In this document: positions 7,460-16,429 of the stretch, piece by piece
How positions within the stretch are numbered: position 1 is the stretch's first letter
Layout: every line of letters begins with the position of its first letter
DNA from: an uncultured virus (IMG/VR IMGVR_UViG_3300030688_000021)
Lineage: Duplodnaviria > Heunggongvirae > Uroviricota > Caudoviricetes
Virus record (IMG/VR): IMGVR_UViG_3300030688_000021
Strand: one strand, 5' to 3'
DNA: 20,000 bases
Translations under genes and position numbers: made by a program
The notes under the pieces: generated by a model
The model's database searches: none
The model's input: only the letters and a program-made list of their open reading frames with translations
What the model was told of the DNA's origin: nothing

Positions 7460-9565
7460 ATGCCCCCACGTAAACGCTCTACCGCTACACCTGCCGCCTC
7501 GTCTGAGGCCTATCGTCTGGCCTTGTTGAAGCTTGAGACCTCAGGCCTTGACCATGACGACTTTCGTCTGTTGAAGCTAGAAGCCATCGAAAACTCTACG
7601 ACCTGCTTCGCTCACTTCAATCCTGTAGCTGGGCTGAAGATCCCGTACCTTGACCCATGGGACCCCACAAAGCAGCTTTCGTTCCTCCCTAAGTGGCCGG
7701 TGTTCTATCGCCTCAGGTATCTGAAGGATCACGTGGGCTTCGAACAGGCCGGCGGCGGTAAGGTGACCAGGTACGTCCAAGAGCCGAACACCGGGGTCTG
7801 CGCCTATTTTCCCCAGAACGCCACCAGGCCTTGGGCCGAAGTCCTTAGTGATTGGCGAGAACCTCTCTTGATCACTGAGGGTGAGCTCAAGGCGGCCAAG
7901 GCCTGTCGAGAGGGATTTGCCACCATCGGTCTTGGTGGTGTGTTCAACTTCCGCTCCACAAAGGAAGGCGTGCCTTTCATCCGAGAGCTTGAGCGCGTGG
8001 TTTGGGCCAGACGAGCGGTGTACCTCGTCTTTGACTCTGACTTCCGCAACAACGAGCACGTCGTGCAAGCCATTAACATGCTGGCCGAAGAGCTCATGGA
8101 TCGTGGGGCTCTGCCCTTCTACGTTGCCCTCCCAGATGTGTACGAGGAGGAAGACAAAAAGACCGGTCTTGACGACTTCCTCATGGCCAACTCAAAGGCA
8201 GACCTTGCGCTGCTGCTTCACCAGGCTCAACCAATGACCATGGCCAAGGGCCTTTGGGCGTTGAACCAGCAGGTCGTCTACGTCCGAGACCCTGGCATGG
8301 TGGTCGTTAAGAAGACTGGCCAAAAAACCTCGCCCGACGCCTTTAAGAACCATTCATACTCGACCCAAACCTGCCACGAGTACACGTTCGGCCCCGATGG
8401 CAGTCCTAAGCTGACGAAGAAGTCGGCGTCGGCCAGTTGGCTCAAGTGGGAGTTCCGCGAAGAGGCGATTAAGCTGACCTACGCCCCAGGCAGGGAGATG
8501 TTCTGCCAGAATGAGCACGACGACCGCTGCTACAATACCTGGAAGGGTTGGGGCTGTGAGCCTAAGAAAGGGGACGTGAAGCCCTTCCTTAAGCTCGTTG
8601 ACCACCTGTTCACAGGAGCTGAGACCGAGCTGAAACGCCATTTCCTACGGTGGCTGGCCTATCCTTTGAAGTACCCGGGAATTAAGATGTTCAGCAGCTT
8701 CGTCATCCATGGCAAGGTGCATGGAACCGGCAAGTCCTTGTTGGGTGCCACGATGAGGAAGATCTACGGCACGAATTTTGCGAAGATCAATCAGAAGGAC
8801 CTTGAGCGTGACTACAACGACTGGGCCGAGAACAAGCAGTTTGTGCTAGGCGAAGAGATCACTGGCTCAAACAAGCGGAGCGAGGCTGACGCCCTCAAGG
8901 ACCTGATCACCCAGACCGAGATGCGGGTCAATGGGAAATACGTGCCGATCTATACGATCCCAGACGTCATCAACTACCTGTACACCTCCAACCATCCTGA
9001 CGCGTTCTTCCTTGAAGACGACGACCGACGCTTCAACGTCCACGAGGTTATCGTCGGCCCCATGGGCGAGGAATTCTACATCGACTATATGATGTGGCTG
9101 GATGGCGAGGGTCCTGGGGCTCTGTTCGATTATTTCATGAAGCTGGACCTCGGTGACTTCAACCCGACAGCTCCGGCCTTCAAGTCCGCCGCTAAAGAGC
9201 GTATGATCATGGACGGGAAGTCAGACCTTGGGGCTTGGGTCCACGAGCTCTTGGCCGACCCTGACAGCCTGTTGCGGGTTGGAGAGATCAAGCTTACCAA
9301 GGATCTGTACACCAACAAAGAGCTGCTTGACCTCTATGACCCGCTGGGGAAGACGAAGGTCTCAGCTCAAGGCATGGGGAACAACCTGAAGAAGGCTGGA
9401 GCTAGGCAGATCCTTGACGGAAAGCCAATCAGGGTCGGAGACGTGCAAGACCGGTTCTACGCAGTTCGGAACGTAGGTCGCTGGGCTGAGGCCACGGCTG
9501 CCGAGGTCAAGGCTCACTTAGCGCCAACGGCCGGGGGCAAGGCTGGGAAGAAAGGGAAGTACTGA
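7460..9565 (+). CDS. Primase-helicase (DUF3854 TOPRIM primase + DUF5906/SF3-type helicase)
   Basis: LLITEGELKA, LVFDSD, KTGLDDFL; Walker A HGTGKS, Walker B VLGEE, motif C TSN, DDRRF. Confidence 0.88.
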   Translation: MPPRKRSTATPAASSEAYRLALLKLETSGLDHDDFRLLKLEAIENSTTCFAHFNPVAGLKIPYLDPWDPTKQLSFLPKWPVFYRLRYLKDHVGFEQAGGGKVTRYVQEPNTGVCAYFPQNATRPWAEVLSDWREPLLITEGELKAAKACREGFATIGLGGVFNFRSTKEGVPFIRELERVVWARRAVYLVFDSDFRNNEHVVQAINMLAEELMDRGALPFYVALPDVYEEEDKKTGLDDFLMANSKADLALLLHQAQPMTMAKGLWALNQQVVYVRDPGMVVVKKTGQKTSPDAFKNHSYSTQTCHEYTFGPDGSPKLTKKSASASWLKWEFREEAIKLTYAPGREMFCQNEHDDRCYNTWKGWGCEPKKGDVKPFLKLVDHLFTGAETELKRHFLRWLAYPLKYPGIKMFSSFVIHGKVHGTGKSLLGATMRKIYGTNFAKINQKDLERDYNDWAENKQFVLGEEITGSNKRSEADALKDLITQTEMRVNGKYVPIYTIPDVINYLYTSNHPDAFFLEDDDRRFNVHEVIVGPMGEEFYIDYMMWLDGEGPGALFDYFMKLDLGDFNPTAPAFKSAAKERMIMDGKSDLGAWVHELLADPDSLLRVGEIKLTKDLYTNKELLDLYDPLGKTKVSAQGMGNNLKKAGARQILDGKPIRVGDVQDRFYAVRNVGRWAEATAAEVKAHLAPTAGGKAGKKGKY

Positions 9566-9566
9566 G

Positions 9567-9752
9567 ATGATGACGTTCGACGAGGTGGTGGCTGTCGTGG
9601 CGATTGTAATAGCCGTGATGGTCGTGGTGATAGGCAGCTTCAGTGACTTGGCGGACCAGAAAGCCTGTGGCTCTATTGGGGCTGGGATCTACGCCATTGG
9701 CCACGCTCGCGTGTGTCTGTTACCGGACGGTAGTCTGAAAGCTGTGCCGTAA
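9567..9752 (+). CDS. Small membrane protein
   Basis: N-terminal hydrophobic stretch; starts 1 nt after the primase stop. Confidence 0.55.
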   Translation: MMTFDEVVAVVAIVIAVMVVVIGSFSDLADQKACGSIGAGIYAIGHARVCLLPDGSLKAVP

Positions 9753-9778
9753 GCGTTTATCTGTTTAGGAGATGTGTG

Positions 9779-9985
9779 ATGAGCGACCTTTATCATAACG
9801 GTCTACTTGTAGGCTCGATAAACCTCACCGAGGAATGGCAGTCGGATATGCGGCTTCAGAATGGGCTGCTGCGTCTGACCGTGGGCCAGGCTAAGATCAC
9901 GCTGCGGCAGTTTGGCCACTCGGTCATGGTTGTCTCTGGCGAGCCGAAGCAGTTGCGGTGCCTACCTGAGGTTCGGTTGTTATGA
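9779..9985 (+). CDS. Hypothetical protein
   Basis: AGGAG SD; ATGA-type coupling to the next gene. Confidence 0.55.
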   Translation: MSDLYHNGLLVGSINLTEEWQSDMRLQNGLLRLTVGQAKITLRQFGHSVMVVSGEPKQLRCLPEVRLL

Positions 9986-10422
9986 ACGACATCAACTGGA
10001 ACGACCACCCTGCTGCCGTTCAGGCGAAGATCTTCGTTACGAACCAGAATGCTTGTCTGAGTTGGATAGCTAGAGCCCCACAAAGAATTTTGGCGCCCTT
10101 AGGTGGTCTATGGCAGTTAGATCCTGGTTCGCGATACGCGCTGGAAGCCAGAAACGCTTACGGCAAATTAGTGTTGATTGGCACCGAGTTCCCTAACCTC
10201 CTTGGAGGACTTGAGCTAGAGCAGGTCGGGCCTACGAAGGTGGCTTTAAATCTGAAGCTTGGTGTTTACCGAGATCGCCGTCCGTCGTTTTCAATGCTCC
10301 ACCTGATTATCCCATGCCGCCAAGAGCACGGCCACGTCAAGGTGAAGGTGTCAATGCCGCACGGCGTGATACTGATTGAACCTGAGCCCTTGTCCGAGGC
10401 TTGCTGGTACCAGGAAGCGTAA
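9982..10422 (+). CDS. Hypothetical protein
   Basis: 146-aa ORF overlapping the previous stop; GAGG upstream. Confidence 0.55.
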   Translation: MNDINWNDHPAAVQAKIFVTNQNACLSWIARAPQRILAPLGGLWQLDPGSRYALEARNAYGKLVLIGTEFPNLLGGLELEQVGPTKVALNLKLGVYRDRRPSFSMLHLIIPCRQEHGHVKVKVSMPHGVILIEPEPLSEACWYQEA

Positions 10423-10430
10423 AATAGCTA

Positions 10431-10459
10431 TTTACAGACCTTGGTCGGCAAGCTAAGAT
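10431..10459 (+). promoter_or_regulatory. Sigma70-like promoter
   Basis: TTTACA-17 nt-TAAGAT; shares TTTACAGAC with the terS promoter. Confidence 0.55.
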
Positions 10460-10493
10460 CAAGGTTATGAAATTCCTTGCTGAGGAGCATCAA

Positions 10494-11081
10494 ATGATTT
10501 ACACCACATTCTCTGAGCTTCGCAAAGCTGGTGCCTGTGTTGAGGGATACCGAAAGCTGGCCAGGCACCTTGGCTCGGTCGAGTTGTACGGCTGCGAAAC
10601 ACCGATTACGGTGCAGGTTATTTTGGAAAGCAATGACTTTGACGATGCCTTGTGGTCGCTGGCTAATGCTTGCGGACCGGAAGGCGAGAAGATAGCCCAT
10701 GCTTTTGCCTGCGACTGCGCAGAGAGAGTTGTCCACCTTTACGAGGCCAAATATCCAGATGATCCTCGGCCCCGTAAGGCCGTCGAGACGAAGAGGGCTT
10801 GGTTGCGGGGCGAAGCATCCGATGGTGAGTTGGCCGCCGCCGGGGCCGCCGCCGGGGCCGCCGCCTGGGACGCTGCCTGGGACGCTGCCTGGGCCGCCGC
10901 CTGGGCCGCCGCCTGGGCCGCCAGGGCCGCCGCCAGGGCCGCCGCCTGGGCCGCCGGGGACGCCGCCGGGGATGCCGCCGGGGATGCCAGGGACGCCGCC
11001 GGGGACACCGGGAACGCCAGGGCCGCTGAACTTAATTGGCAGAAACAACGTCTCACTGAAATGTTAGGGGAAGAAAAATGA
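10494..11081 (+). CDS. Phage protein with Imm5-like domain and Ala-rich AAW/AAR/AAG-D repeats
   Basis: GAGGAG SD before ATG 10494; FACDCAERVVHLYE...DDPRPRKAVE...WLRGE followed by tetrapeptide repeats and a WQKQRL tail. Confidence 0.7.
   Translation: MIYTTFSELRKAGACVEGYRKLARHLGSVELYGCETPITVQVILESNDFDDALWSLANACGPEGEKIAHAFACDCAERVVHLYEAKYPDDPRPRKAVETKRAWLRGEASDGELAAAGAAAGAAAWDAAWDAAWAAAWAAAWAARAAARAAAWAAGDAAGDAAGDARDAAGDTGNARAAELNWQKQRLTEMLGEEK
10833..11027 (+). repeat. Degenerate 12-bp coding tandem repeat (GCCGCCTGGGCC-like)
   Basis: About 16 units encoding AAA[G/W/R] or DAA[W/G] variants. Confidence 0.9.
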
Positions 11082-11413
11082 CCGAGAAAAACCGATATCA
11101 AATTGCCGTCGATGCGCGGCTGTGCGGGGCACGGAACGGCATGGTGATCGTGCTGGACGATGGAAGCCGGTGGCGACTGCGCGGCCTGACCATCGAACCC
11201 GTCGCCGTGTGATAAGGGGAACAAGCCCGCGCAGCGGCTGCCGCCGGCTCTTGTGCCTCCGCTGCCAAATACGGTGGGCGGGAAACGCTGTGGCTGCTGC
11301 AACACCGCAAAGGAAAGTCCTACGGTGAGATTGCCGAAATGTTCAACGTGCCGCGTATCCAGGTTCTGGATGCGTTGAACCGAATTTTGAAGATGGAGCG
11401 ACGGAATGACTGA
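11078..11413 (+). pseudogene. Probable disrupted gene with a C-terminal HTH
   Basis: ATG 11078 frame is broken by TGA TAA at 11210-11215, then continues ...HRKGKSYGEIAEMFNVPRIQVLDALNRIL to TGA 11413. Confidence 0.45.
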
Positions 11414-11912
11414 CGACATCACCGCCCTGATCGAGCAGGGTAATAAGCTGGCCGATGACCTTGATGATGTTGAGGGCAACGGCTCTGATTTTGGCATTAT
11501 GTCCTCAATTCGTGCGGAGCAGATCGCCTACTATCGGGGCAGCTCAGCGACCATGCTGCGGCTAATGGCTCAAGTTGAAGCCCTCGAAGACGATATTGTG
11601 ACCGTCAGCCTACGATCCCACGAGCGCGGGGAAGAGATTGCGCGGCTGCGGGAGGCTCTGATTACGCATCACCACTGGCACCTAGAAACTGGCGTGATCT
11701 TAAAAATTCCCACGGGAGATGGCGATTTCGTTGAGCTGGACAACGCTGAGGAATATGCCGACAGCGCACTTTATGAACAGACGGCAATTGCCCTCTCGCC
11801 CAGCCAAGACCCGGAGCCTTGCCCGAAGTGTGGGGGCGTGAATTTCGTAAGCGACAGTCTCGGCAATCCCGTCCCTTGTGATTGCACCGGCAAGAAGGAG
11901 TCCGCATTATGA
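11406..11912 (+). CDS. Hypothetical protein (coiled coil, C-terminal CPKC...CDC)
   Basis: GGAG SD; typical phage accessory ORF. Confidence 0.6.
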   Translation: MTDDITALIEQGNKLADDLDDVEGNGSDFGIMSSIRAEQIAYYRGSSATMLRLMAQVEALEDDIVTVSLRSHERGEEIARLREALITHHHWHLETGVILKIPTGDGDFVELDNAEEYADSALYEQTAIALSPSQDPEPCPKCGGVNFVSDSLGNPVPCDCTGKKESAL

Positions 11913-12163
11913 GCTTAGAACTGCTTGTTCCTTTATGCGCGTTATGGGCCGTTATTACGGCAAGCGTATTTGCGTTAACGCTATACGACGATGTGTTGCA
12001 TAACGGCCGTATCTCAGGAGAATATGTCCTGTGGGGTGTACTGTGGTCATTAGTGTGGCCATTGGGGTTTATTTATTTTGTCGTCTCGTCTCCTCTTCTC
12101 TTAATTGTGGCTGCTGGCAAGAAGTTTTCCGAAATAACGATTTGGGAACCCGGCCATGAATGA
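11909..12163 (+). CDS. Small membrane protein
   Basis: AAGGAG SD, ATG 11909; 2-3 hydrophobic segments. Confidence 0.55.
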   Translation: MSLELLVPLCALWAVITASVFALTLYDDVLHNGRISGEYVLWGVLWSLVWPLGFIYFVVSSPLLLIVAAGKKFSEITIWEPGHE

Positions 12164-12824
12164 CAAGATGATCAAGCGGATTGGTGCAGCGCTGATCCCA
12201 GCGCTGACCGGTACTTACGATTGCATCCGCGTTTGGGAAGCGTGGTCAGTCGGGACAATGGGCGAAGACGACTTCGAGGAAGTCTCCGAAAACCCGGAAC
12301 GGCTCAACGAAATAGCTCAAGCGGTAATCTCCGCCCTCACCCCCGCCGACATCGTGGCCTTGGGTGCGCGGTGCTGGCAACCGATTGAGACAGCACCGAA
12401 GGATGGGTCGAAGATCATTCTGGCCCGTATCGGAGAAAACGAAGTTGGGAAAAATCTTGGCGTGTGGTGGGCGTGTTCTGGCTCATGGTCGGAGAAGTAT
12501 TCGCGCTGGTGGGATGGTATCGAACCATGCGGGTTCAATCACCCCACCCACTGGATGCCACTACCCGCCGCGCCATCGCCTACTGGAAAGAAGGAGGTCA
12601 GCATGACCGATTTTAATCTTGATGCCGCCGTGAACCGCTTCCTAGGCTGGAAGCTGCCCGATGATTTCAACCCAGATGGTGGGATCACCCGAAACTCGAA
12701 ATTCAACAGTCTTAAGCCTACCGGCACCAACCTCCTGGACGCCACCCAGGCTCGTGAGATGCTGGCCTATGTGCTGGGGATCGAACACGGTGGGCCAGCC
12801 GCGCCTGCGCCGGGAGGTGAGTGA
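12156..12824 (+). CDS. Multi-module accessory protein containing a DUF551-like domain
   Basis: WQPIETAPKDG...PTHWMPLP; internal AAGGAGG SD and in-frame ATG at 12603. Confidence 0.65.
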   Translation: MNDKMIKRIGAALIPALTGTYDCIRVWEAWSVGTMGEDDFEEVSENPERLNEIAQAVISALTPADIVALGARCWQPIETAPKDGSKIILARIGENEVGKNLGVWWACSGSWSEKYSRWWDGIEPCGFNHPTHWMPLPAAPSPTGKKEVSMTDFNLDAAVNRFLGWKLPDDFNPDGGITRNSKFNSLKPTGTNLLDATQAREMLAYVLGIEHGGPAAPAPGGE

Positions 12825-13075
12825 TGAGCCAGGGACCAGAATGGGCGAATAGCCAAGTCATATACTCCGTCGTCATTGGTGACTTGGGCCAGGGGATAGA
12901 AACCCACCAAGTCGGGCGCAATGACGGGCAAGGTGTTACTCGGATCGAGGCGTGCACCAAGTCCGGCATGTACGCTGATATCCCCTATGTCCGCGTCTGG
13001 GCAGGCGAAGATATCCTGGCCGAATATTGCCAGCACAACATCATCGGCGTGACGTTCGCGCCAGGGGGTGAGTGA
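12824..13075 (+). CDS. Hypothetical protein
   Basis: GGAGG SD, TGATG coupling at both ends. Confidence 0.6.
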   Translation: MSQGPEWANSQVIYSVVIGDLGQGIETHQVGRNDGQGVTRIEACTKSGMYADIPYVRVWAGEDILAEYCQHNIIGVTFAPGGE

Positions 13076-13154
13076 TGAAAGTCCTGATGGTGTCTCTGTG
13101 GATGCGCCCGCATGAAGTTCTGCCCATATGCCACTGCCAAACGAGGTTGTTCAA

Positions 13155-13481
13155 ATGATCAAACCCGAGCTACTCGCGGCATTGAAGGCTGCCAAGGGGT
13201 GGAGTTACGATCTTGGAACGGTGTTCCATAACGCCTTTCCCGATGTCCCGGTCGATAATGATGTAATGCCGTTGTGCCTAACATCGGTTGACGCCGCCCT
13301 GGCCTTTGCCGAGCGGATGTTGCCGGGGTGGTTCATAAAGCTGGAGATTTGGGCGGAATCGGCAAGCTGCCATATCGGGAAAAGCTGGTGGCCGGAGCAG
13401 ACAGCCCCCACCGTGCCGCTCGCCATCGTCATTGCCGTGGTCGAGGCGCTGACTGCGAATGAGGAAAGCAATGCTGATTGA
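13155..13481 (+). CDS. Hypothetical phage protein
   Basis: GAGG SD before ATG 13155; TSVDAALAFAERMLPG...APTVPLA motif common in phage accessory proteins. Confidence 0.6.
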   Translation: MIKPELLAALKAAKGWSYDLGTVFHNAFPDVPVDNDVMPLCLTSVDAALAFAERMLPGWFIKLEIWAESASCHIGKSWWPEQTAPTVPLAIVIAVVEALTANEESNAD

Positions 13482-13683
13482 CCGACTAGCAATGGCGGTT
13501 CATGCCGCCGATGGACTTGAAGCCGAGGGGCTGAAGGTGGTTCCGGTGGAGGCTACAGAGGAGATGCTGGGGTGCCAGTGGGAAGGAGAAGAAGGCGATT
13601 TTGCTGAGACACTCCGAGAACAGGCATTCGCCGACTGGAACTACGCCCTCGCCGCCGCTCCGAAGCCGGAGGAATTGCCATGA
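13471..13683 (+). CDS. Hypothetical phage protein
   Basis: GAGGA SD; VVPVEATEEML...ALAAAPKP motif. Confidence 0.6.
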   Translation: MLIDRLAMAVHAADGLEAEGLKVVPVEATEEMLGCQWEGEEGDFAETLREQAFADWNYALAAAPKPEELP

Positions 13684-13843
13684 TCGGCATTCCGAGCGGG
13701 TGGGAGGAGATCGCGGCCTATGAGATGCAAGCTTCATTCGTGATTGGTCGCGCTGAAGATTACGGGCAGTATTTATGGACTTCACTTCCCAATGGCTGGT
13801 GGATACTCACGCACGACTGGACGATCAGCCAGGAGGACGCATC

Positions 13844-14035
13844 ATGAGCCAACACCGTTGTTACAGCAGTAGAGGCATCGTCTGCCCATATTGCGGACAC
13901 CTCCACAATGATAGTTGGGAATGGTTTCCGAATGGTGAGGGAGACAGAGAGGGAGAGTGCGAATCCTGCGAAAAGCCCATTTTCGTATCATTGTCCATCA
14001 CCTATAATTACACATCAAAAGCTATGGGGGAATAA
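13844..14035 (+). CDS. Small zinc-ribbon protein
   Basis: AGGAGG SD; CPYCGH...ECESC. Confidence 0.7.
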   Translation: MSQHRCYSSRGIVCPYCGHLHNDSWEWFPNGEGDREGECESCEKPIFVSLSITYNYTSKAMGE

Positions 14036-14281
14036 GTGATGGCTGATCTTCGGGAAGACCTTGCTCGGATTATATGCAATGCACGTATCGACTAAATCCG
14101 CCATGTCATGCTGGACGGACAAAGCGACGATGCGGCCATGGCTGAGAAATCGCATGGGCGGATTTTGCCTGGACGATCTTGCTAGGGGTTGCTTGGCATG
14201 GCTATCCGATCAGGACAGAACGGCGCATAATGGCAACGCCTGCGACGGGTGCGCGAGGCTAAGCGAGGGGGACTGATAGAT

Positions 14282-14386
14282 ATGAGCAACGATCCTGGGT
14301 TTTGGGGAACGGTTCTATTTTGGGATGTTGCCGCACTTGTGGCATATTGGCTATACACGCTGATGGTGCCGCCGAATAGGCCGTAA
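14282..14386 (+). CDS. 34-aa membrane peptide
   Basis: MSNDPGFWGTVLFWDVAALVAYWLYTLMVPPNRP; manual translation. Confidence 0.4.
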   Translation: MSNDPGFWGTVLFWDVAALVAYWLYTLMVPPNRP

Positions 14387-14426
14387 CCATTCTTGATCCA
14401 GATTTTAGCGCCGCAAACCCGGTCGT

Positions 14427-14876
14427 TCAGGGCCGGGATAGGCGCGTTTTTCCTTCCTTTTTCTCCGGCGGTCCTTCCCGTTGCTGCTCGATGTACTGCT
14501 TCACGATTTCCAGCGGAGCGCCGCCGCAGGATGCAGCAAAATAGGACGGGCTCCAAAGGTGGTTGCCCCAGAGCTTGCGCTTTACCTCTGGGAAGTTCTG
14601 TTGCCGCAAGCGGCGACTGGAGACGCCTTTCAGGCTGTTCACCAGCTTGGAAAGCTGCACGGTGGGCGGATACTCGATGAGCAAATGAACATGGTCGTCC
14701 TCGCCGTTCACCTCCTTCAGCACCGCGTCAAACTCGGCGCAGACGCCGAGGAAGGCGTCTTTTAGCACGACATGAACACGATCTGTAAATACGCCTCTCC
14801 GGTATTTTGTGACGAAGACCAAGTGAACATGAAGCGCAAAAACAACGCTCCGCCCCCTACGGTATTCGGTATCCAT
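14427..14876 (-). CDS. tnpA: Y1 HUH transposase
   Basis: GGAGG SD; HLVFVTKYRR, EDDHVHLL, LWSPSYF, VKQYIEQQ. Confidence 0.95.
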   Translation of the reverse strand: MDTEYRRGRSVVFALHVHLVFVTKYRRGVFTDRVHVVLKDAFLGVCAEFDAVLKEVNGEDDHVHLLIEYPPTVQLSKLVNSLKGVSSRRLRQQNFPEVKRKLWGNHLWSPSYFAASCGGAPLEIVKQYIEQQREGPPEKKEGKTRLSRP

Positions 14877-14915
14877 TCGCTTGCCTCCATGAGTTAGACC
14901 TATTATACTCATGGC

Positions 14916-16136
14916 ATGGTTACGCTCAAGGCATACCGCTATCGCTTGTATCCAAGCGCCGAACAGGAAGCCCTGTTTCGGCAGACGGTCGGCTCGTGCC
15001 GGTTCGTCTACAATCTTTGCCTTGAGCAACGTCGCCTGGAATGGCATCGCAGCAATCCGCGACGCCTGACCGCCTATGACCAGATTAAGGAACTCCCGGC
15101 GCTCAAGGATGAAGCGCCCTGGCTGCGTGACGCTCCCAATCACCCGCTTCAGCAAGCGGTCGTCGATCTGGAAAAGGCGTTCAGGAATTTCTTCGACGGT
15201 CGCGCCAGCTTCCCGAAATTCCGCAAACGTGGTGACCGCGACAGCTTCCGCTATCCCGATCCGAAGCAATTCAAAATCACGGCGGAGCGGGTTTTCCTGC
15301 CCAAGGCCGGGTGGGTGGATTGGACCCAGCATCGCCCGATGGAAGGCAAGCCGAAAACGGCCACGGTCTGCCGTGAGGCGGATTGCTGGCATGTCTCGAT
15401 CCAATGCGAGATCGAGGCGGCGGATCCACTGCCTAATCTCGGCCCTGCCGTGGGAATCGACCTGGGAATTGCCAAGCCACTCGTCCTTTCGACCGGCGAA
15501 TTGGTCATGCTGCCGCGCACCAGCGAGAAGGAGCGGCGCAAGCTGGCAACCTTGCAACAGCGGTTGGCGCGGCGGGACAAAGGCTCCCAGAACCGGCGGA
15601 AGGCCAAGATGGCCGTTGCCCGGTTTCAGGCGAAATTGACGCGGCGGCGCAAGGATGCCGCCCACAAGGCGACGACGACAATTGCCAAAAACCACGGCCT
15701 TATCGTCGTCGAGGATCTGAAGGTGCGCAACATGACGGCCAGCGCGGCGGGAACCGTCGAGGAACCGGGCCGCAATGTCCGGGCCAAGGCAGGTCTCAAC
15801 CGCTCCATGCTGGATGTCGCGCCTTCGCAAATCCGCCAAATGCTGGAATACAAGGCGGCTTGGCATGGCTCCCGGCTTGTCGCTGTGCCTGCCGCCTACA
15901 CCAGCCAGCGATGCAGCGTCTGCGGCCACGTCCACAAGGATAACAGGCGGACGCAAGCCGAATTCCTGTGTCTGGAATGCGGCCACGCTGAAAACGCCGA
16001 CACCAACGCGGCGAAGAATATTCTCAGTCTTGGACTGAAAACCGGAGGACTTCCGGGGATGGCCTGTGAATCGAACCGCGTTAGCGGTCGGAAACAGGAA
16101 AAGCGGGCCGTGAGGCACCGAAGCTCGGCCCTTTAG
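14916..16136 (+). CDS. tnpB: RNA-guided endonuclease TnpB
   Basis: AYRYRLYP, RuvC GIDLG / VVEDL / NADTNAA, Zn finger CSVC...CLEC; all catalytic motifs intact. Confidence 0.95.
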   Translation: MVTLKAYRYRLYPSAEQEALFRQTVGSCRFVYNLCLEQRRLEWHRSNPRRLTAYDQIKELPALKDEAPWLRDAPNHPLQQAVVDLEKAFRNFFDGRASFPKFRKRGDRDSFRYPDPKQFKITAERVFLPKAGWVDWTQHRPMEGKPKTATVCREADCWHVSIQCEIEAADPLPNLGPAVGIDLGIAKPLVLSTGELVMLPRTSEKERRKLATLQQRLARRDKGSQNRRKAKMAVARFQAKLTRRRKDAAHKATTTIAKNHGLIVVEDLKVRNMTASAAGTVEEPGRNVRAKAGLNRSMLDVAPSQIRQMLEYKAAWHGSRLVAVPAAYTSQRCSVCGHVHKDNRRTQAEFLCLECGHAENADTNAAKNILSLGLKTGGLPGMACESNRVSGRKQEKRAVRHRSSAL

Positions 16137-16189
16137 GGCCGAGAGTAGTCACGGGTTGTTTGCACTTTATGCAAAGAAGGGGGGATTTG

Positions 16190-16429
16190 ATGGCAAACGG
16201 ACGTAAGACGCCCAAGGATTGGGCCAGTGAGGCCGCAATCAAGCACTGTCTGCATTATGGGGCAGAGTGCACTATTGCCGAGGTTGTCGCCGCAGCGTTG
16301 GCCGATAGCCCGTGCGGGACATGCGCCCATAAGGGCGGGAGGGAAGACGGGAATTATGACGAACTGTGCGGGGAGTGTCGGTTCTTCTATGGGGATCGTT
16401 ACCGGGAAATTGGGGAAAATGAGGAATGA
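16190..16429 (+). CDS. Hypothetical Cys-containing protein
   Basis: GGGGGA SD before ATG 16190; CGTC...CGEC. Confidence 0.55.
   Translation: MANGRKTPKDWASEAAIKHCLHYGAECTIAEVVAAALADSPCGTCAHKGGREDGNYDELCGECRFFYGDRYREIGENEE

Larger units (their letters stand above)
14398..16152. mobile_element. IS200/IS605-family insertion sequence (IS605 group, divergent tnpA/tnpB)
   Basis: Target TTGAT at 14393-14397; left hairpin 14418-14437 preceded by CAAA; right hairpin 16124-16143 preceded by GAAG; terminal TCAC 16149-16152. Confidence 0.9.

Noticed and set aside
10833..11027. CRISPR array or DGR repeat
   Set aside because: No unique spacers, no reverse transcriptase and no adenine-specific variation; it is a coding tandem repeat.
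10428..11067. Gly/Pro-rich collagen-like ORFs in other frames
   Set aside because: By-products of the GC-rich 12-bp repeat; the Ala-rich frame has the SD and a recognisable domain.
14039..14276. ORF(s) upstream of the IS
   Set aside because: The SD-led frame stops after 18 aa and the alternative frame lacks a good start; cannot be supported as a gene.
14427..16118. 563-aa ORF suggesting a giant TnpA
   Set aside because: Shadow frame antisense to tnpB; tnpA has its own GGAGG SD and ATG at 14876.
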